A stretch of DNA of 56,739 nucleotides, filler included, from Sluysia triapertura (taxonomy: Eukaryota), in the NCBI GenBank assembly GCA_046118255.1. It is 4 parts of 4 records of this genome, joined end to end, with 100 filler letters (N's around TTAATTAATTAA, not from the genome) between each part and the next. Parts side by side here need not be neighbours in the genome. Positions count along the whole stretch, not along the records: positions 19,608 to 31,995 come from JBJNIA010114086.1; positions 32,096 to 43,042 come from JBJNIA010191029.1; 2 more parts are not named here. One strand, given 5' to 3'. How positions within the stretch are numbered: the stretch's first letter is position 1; every line of letters begins with the position of its first letter. The position numbers and the translations under genes are program-made. Below, in pieces: positions 23,900 to 36,880 of the stretch. The notes beneath the pieces were generated by a model. That model did no database searches. It saw only the letters and a list, made by a program, of their open reading frames with translations, and was not told the origin of the DNA.

Positions 23900-24447
23900 A
23901 AATATGTAAATTTAGATTAACGGATTATAAATTGTTCTTTATAGATTCTAAAATATTTGTGGTCAATTCGATTTTCAACATCTACTCTTCGCATCTTACG
24001 ATTTATATCGCTAATGAAATCATTTGGGTTTATGCTTAACGGTTTCGGAGGTTCTACACAAAATTTCTACTTTTCCAAGTGTTTTAAGCTTCTACTGTTA
24101 TTAGCGTGCGATTGTTTCAAATCACCTGCATTGTTATTGTTACTTTGATTAACTCCAATGATATTATTATTGTTAACAGTAGTCACTGATGAAGACGTAG
24201 GTAAGACATTATAATGATTTGTAGAGTTACGATAGCACGGTAAAGTGACATCAGTTGTTATAGTGACAATATTATTTGACTCCACAGTTGATAAAGGCAT
24301 GTCTTTACCATTTGATACGAGTGAAATTGAAACTGATAGTGTCGGTGTAAATATTGTTTGATGAGTGTTAGTTAAACTACGACTATTACTAGTATCTAAT
24401 GAAAATGGAAGTGATGATTTGATGATTGTATTATTTGAAACATGCAA
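23900..24447 (-). pseudogene. Ser/Thr/Asn-rich cargo ORF of copy D
   Basis: 126-aa low-complexity ORF (24447-24067); the frame continues after a TAG (KFCVEPPKPLSINPNDFISDINRKMRR). Confidence 0.4.
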
Positions 24448-27066
24448 GGAACCAATTAAATTAATATCTGTGCCCTTACGAGAAACATACTATTATATAA
24501 GACAGTTAGATTGAAATGTTGGAGTTGTTAAAAAATCAAATTCTATAACAGATACTAAATATATACTTTATAGATCGACACATAAACAGATATATACATA
24601 AATATATAAACTGGAAAAAATGAAAGGATAAGAAGAAAGATTAGTAATTAGGATAAAAGAAATAATAATTATAACAATAACGTGGTTATTATGTTTATTA
24701 ATACTGAATTGTTGGTGTTGATATGAAATTTATTATAAAAGTTATTATTTGATAATCATCTTATATAACAATAATGACTATAATTATTATATGTAGTTTA
24801 ATACGCTTTGAATTGTAATAATAATAGCTGTAGTTCATGATAATTATGTTTTTTGAATGAGTTTAGTAATTTGTTTAATAATCTGTGTACATGTGAAATG
24901 TTTTTACATGATGAAGTGTGATGAATTTTATGTGATTTCCCTACAATTGTCTTTAAGGAATCTTATTTTAAAATGACAATTTATTTGATTTCAATTTGAA
25001 TTTATACTAATTCTATTAAATCTCACTTTAAATTGATATAAAGCATTATAATCTTAATGGTGAGATTTTAATTTTATTTTTGAAAATAATTTTATTTTAA
25101 ATGAATTTAAATTAAATGAAAAAAACTTTAAAAATTTGGAAATTTAAAAATAAAAAATGAATGAATATTATGTTACTTATGTTACATAATGATTAAGTTA
25201 AATTAAAAATTAATCAAATTGAAATATTGATAACAATCATCAATAAAACATAGAAGATGCTAATATTCGTGATGTAATTAATTTATGAAAATTGATTAAT
25301 TATAAGGATCCCAATGTAAGTAACATTAGTGTAACGGCGCATTGAGATCTATCCGGAAATTTTCAATTGTTATTTGGTAGATTTCTGAGAAATATGTTTT
25401 AAATTAAATATTTTGTTTAAATATGTTATAAATAATATTTTAAATAAATCAATCTCCGTAAATACAAAATTCTTTCCTTCCGAGCACTTTATTTTTCTAA
25501 AATAGTGACATTTTTATCTTTTAAAGAGATGCACGCTTATTATTTAAGACGTTAACAAACAATAGATTATAATACATGCCATTCGACCAAAAAAACTATT
25601 ATTAATTTAGCAGCCGAATATGTTTGTTACATATTGATAAGTAAATCTTGTATTAGAAAGAAACAGCCGAAAATTACCGAACATTTGTATTTAACGTAAA
25701 ATAATACAAAACTCAAACATAAAGTTTTAAATGATCTAACTATTATCGGTATATCACTTGTGTTAGGTATTTGTTCTGCAATACAGAGAGTGCAATAATT
25801 AAACAATATATTATTCAAATTTATAATTGATAATAACTCAAGTATAAATTTAGAAAAACGCGCTTAAAGTTAGATTAGTCAAATGCAGTGACAACCATAT
25901 TTGAGTAATAACATTGGTTATCATCTGTAATTTTTCCACAATTTAATACATATTTTAAATTTAAATTTACTGAGATGTACTTAAAGAGTTTAAATTCGAT
26001 ATATCATTCATTGAATGCCAGTTTTGCATAATAAGCTTATTTAATTTATAATTTATTTTAAATTACTATCGCATAATGTTTTATTTGTGCTTTTGAGATT
26101 TTGTAGTTAAATATAAAATTGTGAGTAATACAGTTGCATTCATTTTTATTGATATTAATATTATTTTGGGTACAAAGTTAATAATTTAAATTGTCACTTA
26201 ACATTTAGTACCTAATATATTAAAGTTATTTTAGTAATCTTTGAACTACATAAGTTTTAAATGCTTAATATTAAAATAAAATTAATGTCTGATTTTAAAA
26301 TCAAAAATAAATTAGATTGGACATTATAACGTTTTTAAATATTTATTCATGAAAAATAACACTAAAATGCATTGAAAACATGTTTAATAGGTCATTTTTG
26401 AGTATATTATTAATATGTTATAAAAAAATCTTTTTATTAAAAAAATTATTCTTGAAAATTGAATCAATACTCATTTCAATGCGGATTGAAACAATTTGTA
26501 AGGAAACGAGCATAAAAACTATTATTATAAACAATATTGACAGATATTTTTGGTCTTATAGAATTTAATAACTTTAAATTCAAAACTCAGAAAATCGAAA
26601 TAAGATTCAACTGAAATTATGTTTTCTATATCACAATTCATACAATTTATCAATTAACACAATAAAACTTAAATTTCCCAAATAAATGTTAAATTACTAA
26701 TCAAATAACTTCAAATTCACTTTATAGATTACTATTAACATAAAATTACACGAATAAATAAACTAAGGGCGGTACAACTGTAATGAAAATCTGAAGATTA
26801 AAGAAAATTCTTAAGAAAACATTTGAAAAATATAATAATAATAATAATGTAACGACTAACGAATAGTGCTCATTTTCATGTGTTAAAATGTCATGTTTAA
26901 AATAATTTTAAAATCATTATAAAAAATTGTTGAGATTATAAAAATTTTGTATTAATTTAAAGTGAGATTACATAGAAATAATATAATTTCAAAATTTAGT
27001 AACAAATAACAATCAATTTTAAATTGAAAATGTATAAATAATCATTTTAAAGTGATTTTGTATAAA

Positions 27067-28292
27067 TGTTAGGATTGTCCAACTGTCGATTAGGAGATTA
27101 GCAAGAGATATATAGAATCACAAAATGAAGGAACAGTTGATTGAAATTATAAACATTGTTGGAAAAAGAATCAAAAATAAAAACATCTATAATAATTATA
27201 ACAGCTAAAGAATACCTTGACATTCCAAAGACCTATATAAGGTGTCGAAGCTTGAAGAGGACTTAAAAACCTTTGAAAGAATTAGAATATCTTTGAGATC
27301 ATCTGAGACCTTATTAACCTTTAAGTATTCTTGAAACCTTGATAAGCATCTAAGATTTTTCAGTAATTTTATAAATTATAAATTATACCTTTAGAATATT
27401 TGAGAAATAAAAACAATGTTTAAAGTAATAAAGATAAGTTTAGTATAGTAATAATCAACATGAAGAAGTAGGCAAGGAATCAGAGAGGTGAAGGTGAAAA
27501 CATCTAGAGCCTCCTGAATGCCTTATAAACTACTAAATAACTTTAGGACCTTATTAAAACCTTTAAACATAGAATAGATTAAATCTAAAAATAGATTAAT
27601 TAATTAAAATTTTAATTAACTTAATTAAGAAAAAATACGATTTTGTGAATAACTTTTGAATGTAGAAAGCTATGTTGAATTTGAAACTGTATATGTATTT
27701 GTTTTAAAACGACCTTCCGATGAAGATATGGTTTGACCGAGTTCATGCAAGGAAAACCTTAATATTGAGAAAAGTCAATTTTTAATTGTAGAATGTTGAA
27801 ACTTTTTACATTTCGAATGATGAAATATAATGAATTAAACGTGAGATGATTGCTATGAAAGAGGTGAATTTACAGGTGCGTTCGAAATGTTTGTAGAATG
27901 GTTTGTTTGAGAATAAGAACCTTAAAATATTTTTCATTAAAAAATTAGGTGTGAAAAACCGAAAATTAATCAAATCCTAAAAAATGAAATTAAATTCGTT
28001 ATTTTTGTGTATGTTAATAATATTGTTGATTGCTATTTTAATGTGAGAAATAATTTAAGTAAAAATAGATTAAGTAGAGTAAAAGGAAATGATGGCCGCT
28101 AATAAATCAGATTTCTATGTTTGGTACCTAATGATGTTTGACAGACCGTACCATGTAATTGTCAAAGTTGTTATAGTCGGTCTGATTCTCAAAGAGGTTT
28201 GGATGATTTGTGTGAGAGTGTTTGGTTATGAGAATAGGAATTGATTGGATGATCAAAGTGTATAAAATAAAAATTTATATATTTTTACAACA
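27067..28292 (+). mobile_element. Solo LTR, family L1 (about 1.2 kb)
   Basis: TGTTAGGATTGTCCA...TTTTACAACA termini (TGTT/AACA). Purine-rich 5' half and G/T-rich 3' half. No clean target duplication. Confidence 0.78.
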
Positions 28293-28379
28293 CAATAACA
28301 CTGTCATACATTCACACAATCCTACCGGTATTGAAGATCCATGCAGATGGTAATCTTTTTATTTATTTTTACTTTATTG

Positions 28380-29001
28380 TTTTATTATTTTAAATTAAAT
28401 AAAATAAATAAGTTTTTGGGGAGTATCTTAAAAATAATCTTAAGAATAACCAGTTTATTTTATTCTGAATTAATTATTTTATTTTTATTAATTTTAATTT
28501 AACTTTATGGGAGACACTTTACCCAGTTTGCTTTAAAATATTCTAAGTTAATAATTTTTTTAGCTAATTGTTAGATAATTTTGTGGGAGACACACTGTTC
28601 AATTTATTTTTAAAATATTTATTCAGCATTACTATTTTAAACTTTTTGGATATTGAAATTTTTTTTGTGTTTGTTGCGTCACTCCTGATTTTTTCATGTA
28701 GACTGTTATATTCTTGATACTATTATAAACGTTATTGTTATTCATGTAGTTTTTGTCATTTGATGTTGTTTAGTAAAGACTTATAACAGTAATTTGTATT
28801 TGATTTTTTTTTGTAATCATTAAATTATTTAATTGTTTATTTTATTTTAAAAACTTAATCTTTGGGTTGAATAAATAACATCATCAAAATAAGAGAAATT
28901 GTGATAATTTTATATTGAATTTAGTGATTAATTATTGAGATTTTATTAAATGGATTAATCGATATTAATTTGCTATTATTATTAAGTACAAAGACGCAAT
29001 A
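28380..29001 (-). mobile_element. Inverted 5' fragment (J) of an H-type element
   Basis: Reverse complement starts TATTGCGTCTTT and aligns to 29586-30140 (e.g. TGTTGCGTCACTCCT at 28672 vs AGGAGTGGCGCAACA at about 29904). Confidence 0.75.
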
Positions 29002-29140
29002 TAAAGGCAACATGAAATTAAAATTTACAAATATTAACCTTAAAACTATTTATTACCATTTTGTTTGAAAATGAAGAATTTAATGATATTGAAAGTATTA
29101 TAAAAAATATTTAATGTTAAATTAGATAGCATTAAAAAAA

Positions 29141-29278
29141 TTTGTGAATTATTAGATAATTCTATGAAGGTAATTTACAATTTTTGTGAATTATTAGATA
29201 ATTCAATGAAGGTAATTTACAATTTTTGTGAATTATTAGATAATTCAATGAAGGTAATTTACAATTTTTGTGAATTAT
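29141..29278. repeat. 42-bp tandem repeat, about 3.3 copies; 24-bp tandem at about 29350-29413
   Basis: Unit TTTGTGAATTATTAGATAATTC(T/A)ATGAAGGTAATTTACAATT repeated head to tail. Confidence 0.95.
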
Positions 29279-29585
29279 GTTTTGGAAAAAGAGTAATTCA
29301 AAGCAGAAGTTTCTGTAAATGAAAAGTTATTTCTGCTAATAAGTGAATAGAAATAATATAGAAATTACGTAATGAAATAATATAGAAATTACGTAATGAA
29401 ATAATATAGAAATATAAATTAAAACTTTAGATTCATGTTTTCTAGACCTAGCCAAGATGGATTTTCTAAAAAAGTTTTTATTAAAGTCGGATGAAAAATC
29501 AAGAACTATATTTATTTGAATGGTAAAGTATATTTAGGTTTTCGAAGTTGTAAAGTTGAGTCATCATCATATTATTCGATGTTAT

Positions 29586-31365
29586 TGTTGCGTCTTTTAA
29601 AATTACTAGTTATGAAAACTCAATATTAGCTTAAAAAGAATCTTAATAATTTAAATAGTGACTATATCAAATATAGTTTTGCAGCAATTCTCTTACTTAA
29701 TATTAATAACTATTCCCCCAAAATTAAGCTCTTAAAAATCAAATAAAAAATAAGGCAATAATTTACTATTAAACAAAAATCAAATTAGAATTTATTGTTA
29801 TTAGTATGACTTTCCACCAAATAATAACAAAATAACTAAAATGACAAAATTAACAATGGCGTTTATAATAATATTAAGAATACTAGAATATAACTGAAAA
29901 ACTAGGAGTGGCGCAACAATCACTAACAATATCAATATCTAGAAAGTTAATAATAATTATGCTACTTAAGTATTTTTCGTAAACGTAACTGAGAGTAATC
30001 ACGATTATAACAAAAATTTTTGGGCAGAGATCCTTTCTAAAACCTAACAGTAATATTTAAAGTAGAAATATTTAATGTTTCGATAAAATAAATTGCGTAG
30101 GATATTTCCCACAAAACTAGTTTAAAAATGGCTGAAAATAAAATCAAACAACTTACAATAAAATTAGCACAATATTTAACTTATATTAAAATTATCTCTG
30201 CCATATCGGGAACACTCACCATTCTGCATTATTCCAAATAAGCATAAACCATGTTTGTAATATTTGAATTGATGAGCATAAGGTTGTAAATTTTTAGGCG
30301 AAGATATGTTGTCACTATAGTAACGTTTGACATTGTCAGTCTTTGTTTTTACTTTTACCATGTTTTTTACTAATGATCTAATTTTACTTGTGATCACATA
30401 CGAATCGACATCAATAGGGATATGTATACATTTATCTATTTTCATCACGATATACGTTGACGTATTAAGATCGAATCATCTTATTTGAAAATCATGAGAT
30501 ATTTCACTGAATTTTCTTGTTTTGCGTTTGTTTGTCTACTAATTTAACAATGATTTGAAGGCAAAGAGCGAATTTCGATAAGTTTCGGGAATTTCGAATC
30601 TATAATTGATTCTTTAAAGAATTCTAATATTTTAAATTATAATTGATCGAACTGTACGATTAACTCTAATTTTAACGAAATATCATCAAGAAATTCACTT
30701 TTAGATAGCATAGTTTCGATAAACAATTACTTTAAGTGAAAATAGATTCAAAATTGATATAAATTCTTAGAACAATAATTCAGATTTTTGTCACCTTTAA
30801 AATTCTGATAACAAATAATTATCTCGTTTTATACTTTACACTTTTAAGTTTTATTTACTAATAATGATCTTTTCAGTCACTCGTAAGTGTATTGTTTTAT
30901 TTTTACGTCACTTTTAAAATTCTAGTGTATATAATTATAGGAATCGATCAAATGTGCGTTCAATTTATTTTTAACAGTGACTAGTTATAGTATGATGATT
31001 GGTCGTGATTGGATAGCTAGTCAGGTAATCAATATACAAAGAAATTCTCATTCCGCACACTACGCCGCAAATACAAATAATGAAGAACAATTATGTCGAT
31101 GATTGGCGTCCAATTGGATGAGACGTCCAATCAATTGAAGTAAACGACGCTTAGTAACTGTCACCAGTTGACGGTTTGATTTAGTTTAATGCACTGACAA
31201 CTGTGAAGCCAGACTATTTACATTAATCAATAAAAAGATAATAATGTAGTAATAATAATGATAGTAATGAATAATATTAACTAATAATAATTATAATAAT
31301 TGAATTGATAATAAATAATATTAATACTAATAAAGTAGTAATAATGATATATAAAATACAAATAA

Positions 31366-31398
<33 letters not shown>

Positions 31399-31872
31399 TA
31401 ATAATAATAATAATGAAAATTAAAAATAATAAGATAAATACATAAACTTCTTTTATAATCGGTCTTCACGTCATGCAGTCTTATAATTCTTTGAAAATAA
31501 AATTATTTTAATATTTTTAAATAAAGTTATTTTAATTGCAATGTCTAAAATGGTTTAAAAGTGTTAAGTTAATATTTAATATTAGAGACTGAATGTTAAA
31601 AGATTGTAAGCTTGAAATGTTTTTGGATTGATTTTAAGATGAGTGTTCGAAGGTTTAAGGTGTAATTGTGATTTTAATATTATTAGATAATGCGTAAAAT
31701 GTTTTAGCTGAGTTTTAAAATGTAGATTAATAGTTTTGAAAATAATTATGATTTTGTCGTTAACAGATTGTGAATTTAAAATGTTTTGAGATATGAAAAA
31801 TGATTTTAGTGAATTTGAAAGAAATGAAATGTAGCAATGGTTTTGATAGATTCTAAAAGGTAGTTGTGTCTT
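29586..31872 (+). mobile_element. Cassette copy H (3'-truncated) with decayed antisense ORF 30176-30448
   Basis: Starts TGTTGCGTC. ATTGG-N3-CCAAT at 31102-31114, hairpin 31161-31206, (AAT)-rich tract, and a tail homologous to copy A. Confidence 0.62.
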
Positions 31873-31995
31873 TTAATACTTTTATTTTCCCAAATTATTA
31901 AAATCAAAACTCAGTAACTAAATAAACTCAAAACCTCAGTATATTTGTTATATTATCAAAACTACAATCAGAGTATATAAATTATAACAATACGA

Positions 31996-32095
31996 NNNNN
32001 NNNNNNNNNNNNNNNNNNNNNNNNNNNNNNNNNNNNNNNTTAATTAATTAANNNNNNNNNNNNNNNNNNNNNNNNNNNNNNNNNNNNNNNNNNNN
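31996..32095. other. Artificial contig linker
   Basis: N44-TTAATTAATTAA-N44. Confidence 0.97.
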
Positions 32096-32185
32096 GCTGA
32101 TAGCTCAGTGGTAGAGCAGTCGGACTGCGCAGACAATGGTCCCGGGTTCGATCCCCGGTCAGTCCCTTTTACGAAGTCTAACAAT
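32096..32185 (+). mobile_element. tRNA-derived SINE head (Cys-like tRNA ancestry possible)
   Basis: A box TAGCTCAGTGGTAGAGC and B box GGTTCGATCC are present, but the anticodon arm pairs poorly. It is followed by the SINE body TTTTACGAAGTCTAACA also seen at 6481-6502 (minus). Confidence 0.75.
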
Positions 32186-33159
32186 TTTATGCAATAAATT
32201 ATTTTATTATAAAAGTGTAACAAATTATTTTAACATATTTTTATACTAAATATTTATTTTTAAATGTTATTTATACTAAGTAAATCAATTTTGCTTTACT
32301 ACGCCATCTTGGATTTTAATAAAATCAATAATTGGCATTGACAATTTAAGTCTCATAATTAGTAAATCATCGGAATTAGTAAATCAAGAAACACAATTCA
32401 CAAATATGAAGTCACAAGTCAAAGACATGTTATTCGATTCGAGTCCATGATACGCGTAAAACTTAAAATTGAGTTAGTACCATTTTAAAATTTTTCTAAA
32501 ACTGATGATTTATTATTAGAGTGAAACTTCTAATAATTTAATTGTTTATTGATATTATTACACTGAATTGTTGATACCAATTACATTTGTATGTTACATG
32601 TTTCTTATATTTGCAAGTTTATTTAAATAAAGTTTACGTTTATATGTTTGATATATCTCTACGTATTTGTTGTATTTTTAAATTTGTACATTTCCTAAGT
32701 TTGTTATATTTTTACGTTTCATTAAATAAAAATTGTTTTGTTCATTGAGATATCGATAAGTTTTAAAGTAAAAGAAAAGGCATAAATAAATGTTGCTTAC
32801 TGTCGTATTTACAGCTACGCCCTCATTGAGTAGTAAACCACATACTGTAAACGAACCCAGAATATTAAAATTATTTTGATAGGTTAAGGTAAAAGTAAAT
32901 AGAACAAACACAGAAAAATTTGTCGCCCAAATTGGGACCAACGACATTAAGCATCACATACGATTAAGAAATAGTTGTTATTTAAGTTATTTAAGTGAGC
33001 TTCTAAGTAATCATAATTAAGTCTCTTAAGTAGACACATTTTGATTGTGTAAGCTATAGAAGCTATAAGATTAAGTGAGTTATTAATTTTATATTGAAGT
33101 TATTTAATTATTAAGCATAGATAATAAAGAAATTAGAAGTGGTCTTATAAGACATTATT

Positions 33160-33560
33160 CTGCAGAAAATATTACCATTAAAAAGAAGAAGACGATTAAA
33201 AATGAATATAGATATGGTATTAGCCACAGATCTTGCAAAGCATGTCTCTTTATTAGCTGGCTTGAAAACAATGCTTGAGACCAAATCAATATCTGAGTTT
33301 AAACAGTTACAAAGATCGAATATGATATTAAAAGTCTTGTCCGTTACGCCGATATCAGTAACCCGACCAAAGAATTGTTTCTGTATGAAAAAAGGATTGA
33401 TCGTATTACTCAAGAATTTTTTCTTCAAGGTGATAAAGAAAGAGAACTAAAAATAGAAATTACAGCTTTATGTGACAAAGAAACAGCCGTGATACTAGCT
33501 TCTCAGATATCATTCATTAGGAAACATTTATTGAACTCGTTTATGACGAATCAATTGATT
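33160..33560 (+). pseudogene. cAMP phosphodiesterase (PDE4-like) catalytic-domain fragment, frameshifted
   Basis: IDMVLATDLAKHVSLLAGLKTMLETK, then a frameshift to LVRYADISNPTKELFLYEKRIDRITQEFFLQGDKERELKIEITALCDK...SQISFI. Confidence 0.85.
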
Positions 33561-33720
33561 TTGCAGAAATATTAGCAAAAAATTAGGAAAGGTATGACGA
33601 GTTTGAAAAGCAAGATGAAAAAGAAAAACAAATAAAAGAAAGCTGTTTAAACAAAACTGTTGCGACTTCAATTTCTGTTTCAGTGAAATCAGTGACCTGA
33701 AATAATTTAACTTTACGCTA

Positions 33721-35951
33721 TGTTTGATATGTATATTTGTATATTTCAATATTTCAATAACAGATTATAAATTGAAATAAATGATTAATTGGATTAATAT
33801 TTACATCTTATTGAAACTAAAATGATTAATTAGTTAATTACTTTATGAGCTTTTAATATTTACATAAACTAAATTTGTAATATTCAAAATTAAATTGACC
33901 AAATTCACAAATCTACATTTAATTTACAATATTTACAATCCCTTTATCTCGAAGCTGCAATATCCTTTCAGTTACTATTTAATCCGACAACCCTAGCATA
34001 ATGCTGAGTTCTCCAAACAGCGCCTGGTGTTGTATAATGTATTTAATAATATTTAATAATATTTTATGAACAGTTTTAAAGGTGATTCGACATATAAATC
34101 TGAAGTTTTGGCTTGAACTGAAGGCTTATTATTATTATGCAGCTTAAAGTTTGAATTTATTATAGAAAGAGTATACTCAGGATATAAACTTGTTAGATAA
34201 ATACATGTTTCGAGATTTAGTTCACGTTTATAAAGATTATTCATGGTCACGTATAAAATTAGACTTAAAGCCACGAATGTGTTTCATCAAGTTTCATTAA
34301 ATGTTCAAACTTATTTGTTTTAAAGATTTTATAAAATTTTATAAAGTTTCGTCGTTATCGTAAAACTTAGTTTAAACCTATACATCTTGTTTTGGGATAA
34401 ATTCAACAACTTAGTATTAAAAGAGTAAATTACATGTACAAAACAATTATTATAACATTTTATTACATAACTAAAAAATTGGATTGCAAATTTAATTTTT
34501 AATAACACTTTAATCGTATTATTTATTTCTGAAATTCTGATCTCACTTCTCCATTGTTCTTGTTGCATTTGCATGGTCCAGTTGTATTGCTTATCAACTA
34601 AATAATAATCAAATAAATATATATATTTAAAACTAAAAAAGTCATGAAAAAAATCAAGGAAATAAGGAAACTTTATGTTAAAATTTACTTCGTTGTTGAG
34701 TGGCTTCATGTCTTCATAATTGTGTAACAGAGCTGCATTAAATGAATGAGGAACACGGTACGATTCTATACACTGGCAACCATAGTTTTTGAACAATGTT
34801 TGACTTTTATAATCCATAGGAATTTTAATCTTTTCGTTATTAAACATTGAGTTTATTGCATACTGAACGATTATTTTAAACAGTTTTTCTGAAAAGAGCA
34901 TGTTATTTGTGTCATCTTTATTAAAATTTTCGTTAGTATCAGCTGAAAAACTAAAATTGCGTGAATATTCACTTTTATCTATAATCAAAGGTGTATCGTT
35001 GTTCGCTAAAACTTTCAATGTATATGTCATATCAGCATATTCCATATCAAACATTGATTTGTTTGGAAAATTGATTAGTTTCACTTTTGATTTTGATAAC
35101 GTTAATGAGCTCATTTGAATTTGCATTTCTTTTCGAACACTATCATTAATTGATGAACTGCTAATTAAGGTATAATTTGAAAATACATCTAATAGATAAT
35201 ACAAATCATATTGTAATTCATTTTTTTGTAAACGGATACTAAATGGGTGCGATCTAATATGTTTCATTGCAAGTCGTTTATTTGCTTTAAGAACAGTATT
35301 GTTAATCACAAAACAAACTTTAGGAGAATCTAAAATGTCTCGTTTGATTATTCGTTTTAAATCTCTATGGATAAAAATATCATACTGGTTGATCGTCGAA
35401 TCCATACATGTACGTTAGATATATACATCAAATTTGCATCGTTAGTTGGTATTAATGCTAAAATTCCATTTGTTTGACCAATGATTTTGATTAGATTCCA
35501 CATATTGATCAGTGACAGTATGTAGCTTATGTCTTTCCTTTTTAATCCCAATATCAATTACGCAGAGTTGGTTTATAATATTTTTAGATTGTCTCTAAAA
35601 TTTTTAATTGTCTGGAAAAACTTTTTTACTGACCACAAAATTTTTAATTGAGCCTCGTCTGGAATTTTAATTGTCTACTAAATTTTTATTGTCTAGAAAA
35701 TTTTTAATTCTGACAATTTTTAATAGTATCAACGAATTTTATTGGTCATCCAATCGAGAGCGTTAAAATTGTTAAATGCAGAATTTAGTCTCGATTTTAA
35801 TTGAAAAATGATGAGACAAAACTGGTTAGCGACAGCCATCAATGTTGACAGTCTAATGAAAAATGTACATAGACTGTCATCGCTGGTGATGGCAGTAACT
35901 ATATTAATCGGCTTTAATGAAAATTTTTATAATTTTGTGTTAAGGGAATTA

Positions 35952-36008
<57 letters not shown>

Positions 36009-36880
36009 GTAATAATAATAATATTGTTATTACTATTATTAATAATTGAAATTAAAATACCTGAATATCTTTAAACTTATACACGAGCTTTATCTGTCTG
36101 TTTCTTTAATTTCTACATATGAATAAAAGGAAATGAAACTGGTAACATGTTGTGAAGGAACAACGGCAACGAGGTAGGATACGTCTGCGTTTCGTTGTTG
36201 CTTCTTGCTGAGATGGTGAACTGTTTAAAGCTTGATTGTTTATCTTTAAATGAAATGGAAATGAATTGAATAATAATTGAAAAGAAGAATATTAGGAAAG
36301 ACTTATTGAAATTTATTAAAAGTTTGTAATTAAGATAAGATTTGATTCTTGAATATGATAGTTTGAGATGTTTAAAGTTATTTTAGTTTTAAAAGACAAT
36401 TACAAAATAAATCTCAATATATTATAATGTTATTACTAATAAATGTTAACGATGAATATGTATATATGAATTAGATTTAGGTTGGTGGAGTTGGGTAAAG
36501 ATTTTAATGTAAAAGATTTATATTTCTGAGGTGCTTGTTAAGGTTTTTGAATGGTGTTATTGCGTTTATGATTTGTGTATTTTATTGTGATTGTGGTTTG
36601 TTTGTTGGAATATCTTATGAGTGAATGTTGTGGATTATTCGAGACTGAATGTCGGAGTTTGTTGTGCTGTGGATGGTTAAAAGTGTTAGTTGAATTGTTG
36701 ATGTTTAGAAGTTAATAAGATGTTATAAATATGGAGTGTTGTTTATGGTGTTTTTGTTGGTATATTTCGATAGTAAAAAGTGTGATTGTTTTGAAAATTG
36801 AATTTTGTTGAAATTTAATTTGTGAATATTAAAAATGATATTTTGATAAATTTTAAATTATGAGTGTTGACCACTACAAT
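33721..36880 (+). mobile_element. Gene-carrying LTR-like cassette, copy E
   Basis: Possible TGTTTGATATGT start. Antisense ORFs, ATTGG-N4-CCAAT (35741-35754), hairpin (35835-35893), (AAT)n, AATAAA, hairpin (36151-36208). The tail is collinear with B and ends TTATGAGTGTTGACCACTACAAT. Confidence 0.7.
33980..35557 (-). pseudogene. Cassette E cargo gene (about 500 codons, frameshifted), C-terminal UEV-like motif
   Basis: ORFs 35557-35357, 35405-34329 and 34274-34053 are consecutive. A 10-bp duplication TTTATAAAAT near 34330 causes one frameshift. NLETCIYLTSLYP matches NLELQIYLEDLYP of copy D. Confidence 0.6.

Larger units (their letters stand above)
22141..25064 (+). mobile_element. Cassette copy D (C-type tail) carrying a UEV pseudogene and an S/T-rich ORF (boundaries approximate)
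   Basis: Tail 24500-25060 is homologous to copy C. Antisense ORFs lie to its left. Possible TGTTATATGT start at 22141. A repeat is inserted at 23400-23605. Confidence 0.55.

Noticed and set aside
29141-29278. 42-bp repeats as a CRISPR array (also 19-bp repeats at 43312-43388)
   Set aside because: Units are directly adjacent with no unique spacers, there are no cas genes, and the context is eukaryotic.
32096-32167. Functional tRNA gene
   Set aside because: The anticodon stem does not pair properly, and the 3' flank is the SINE body shared with 6481-6502.
35808-36074. 88-aa ORF with a poly-Ile hydrophobic stretch
   Set aside because: It is a translation of the (AAT)n microsatellite and hairpin of cassette E.
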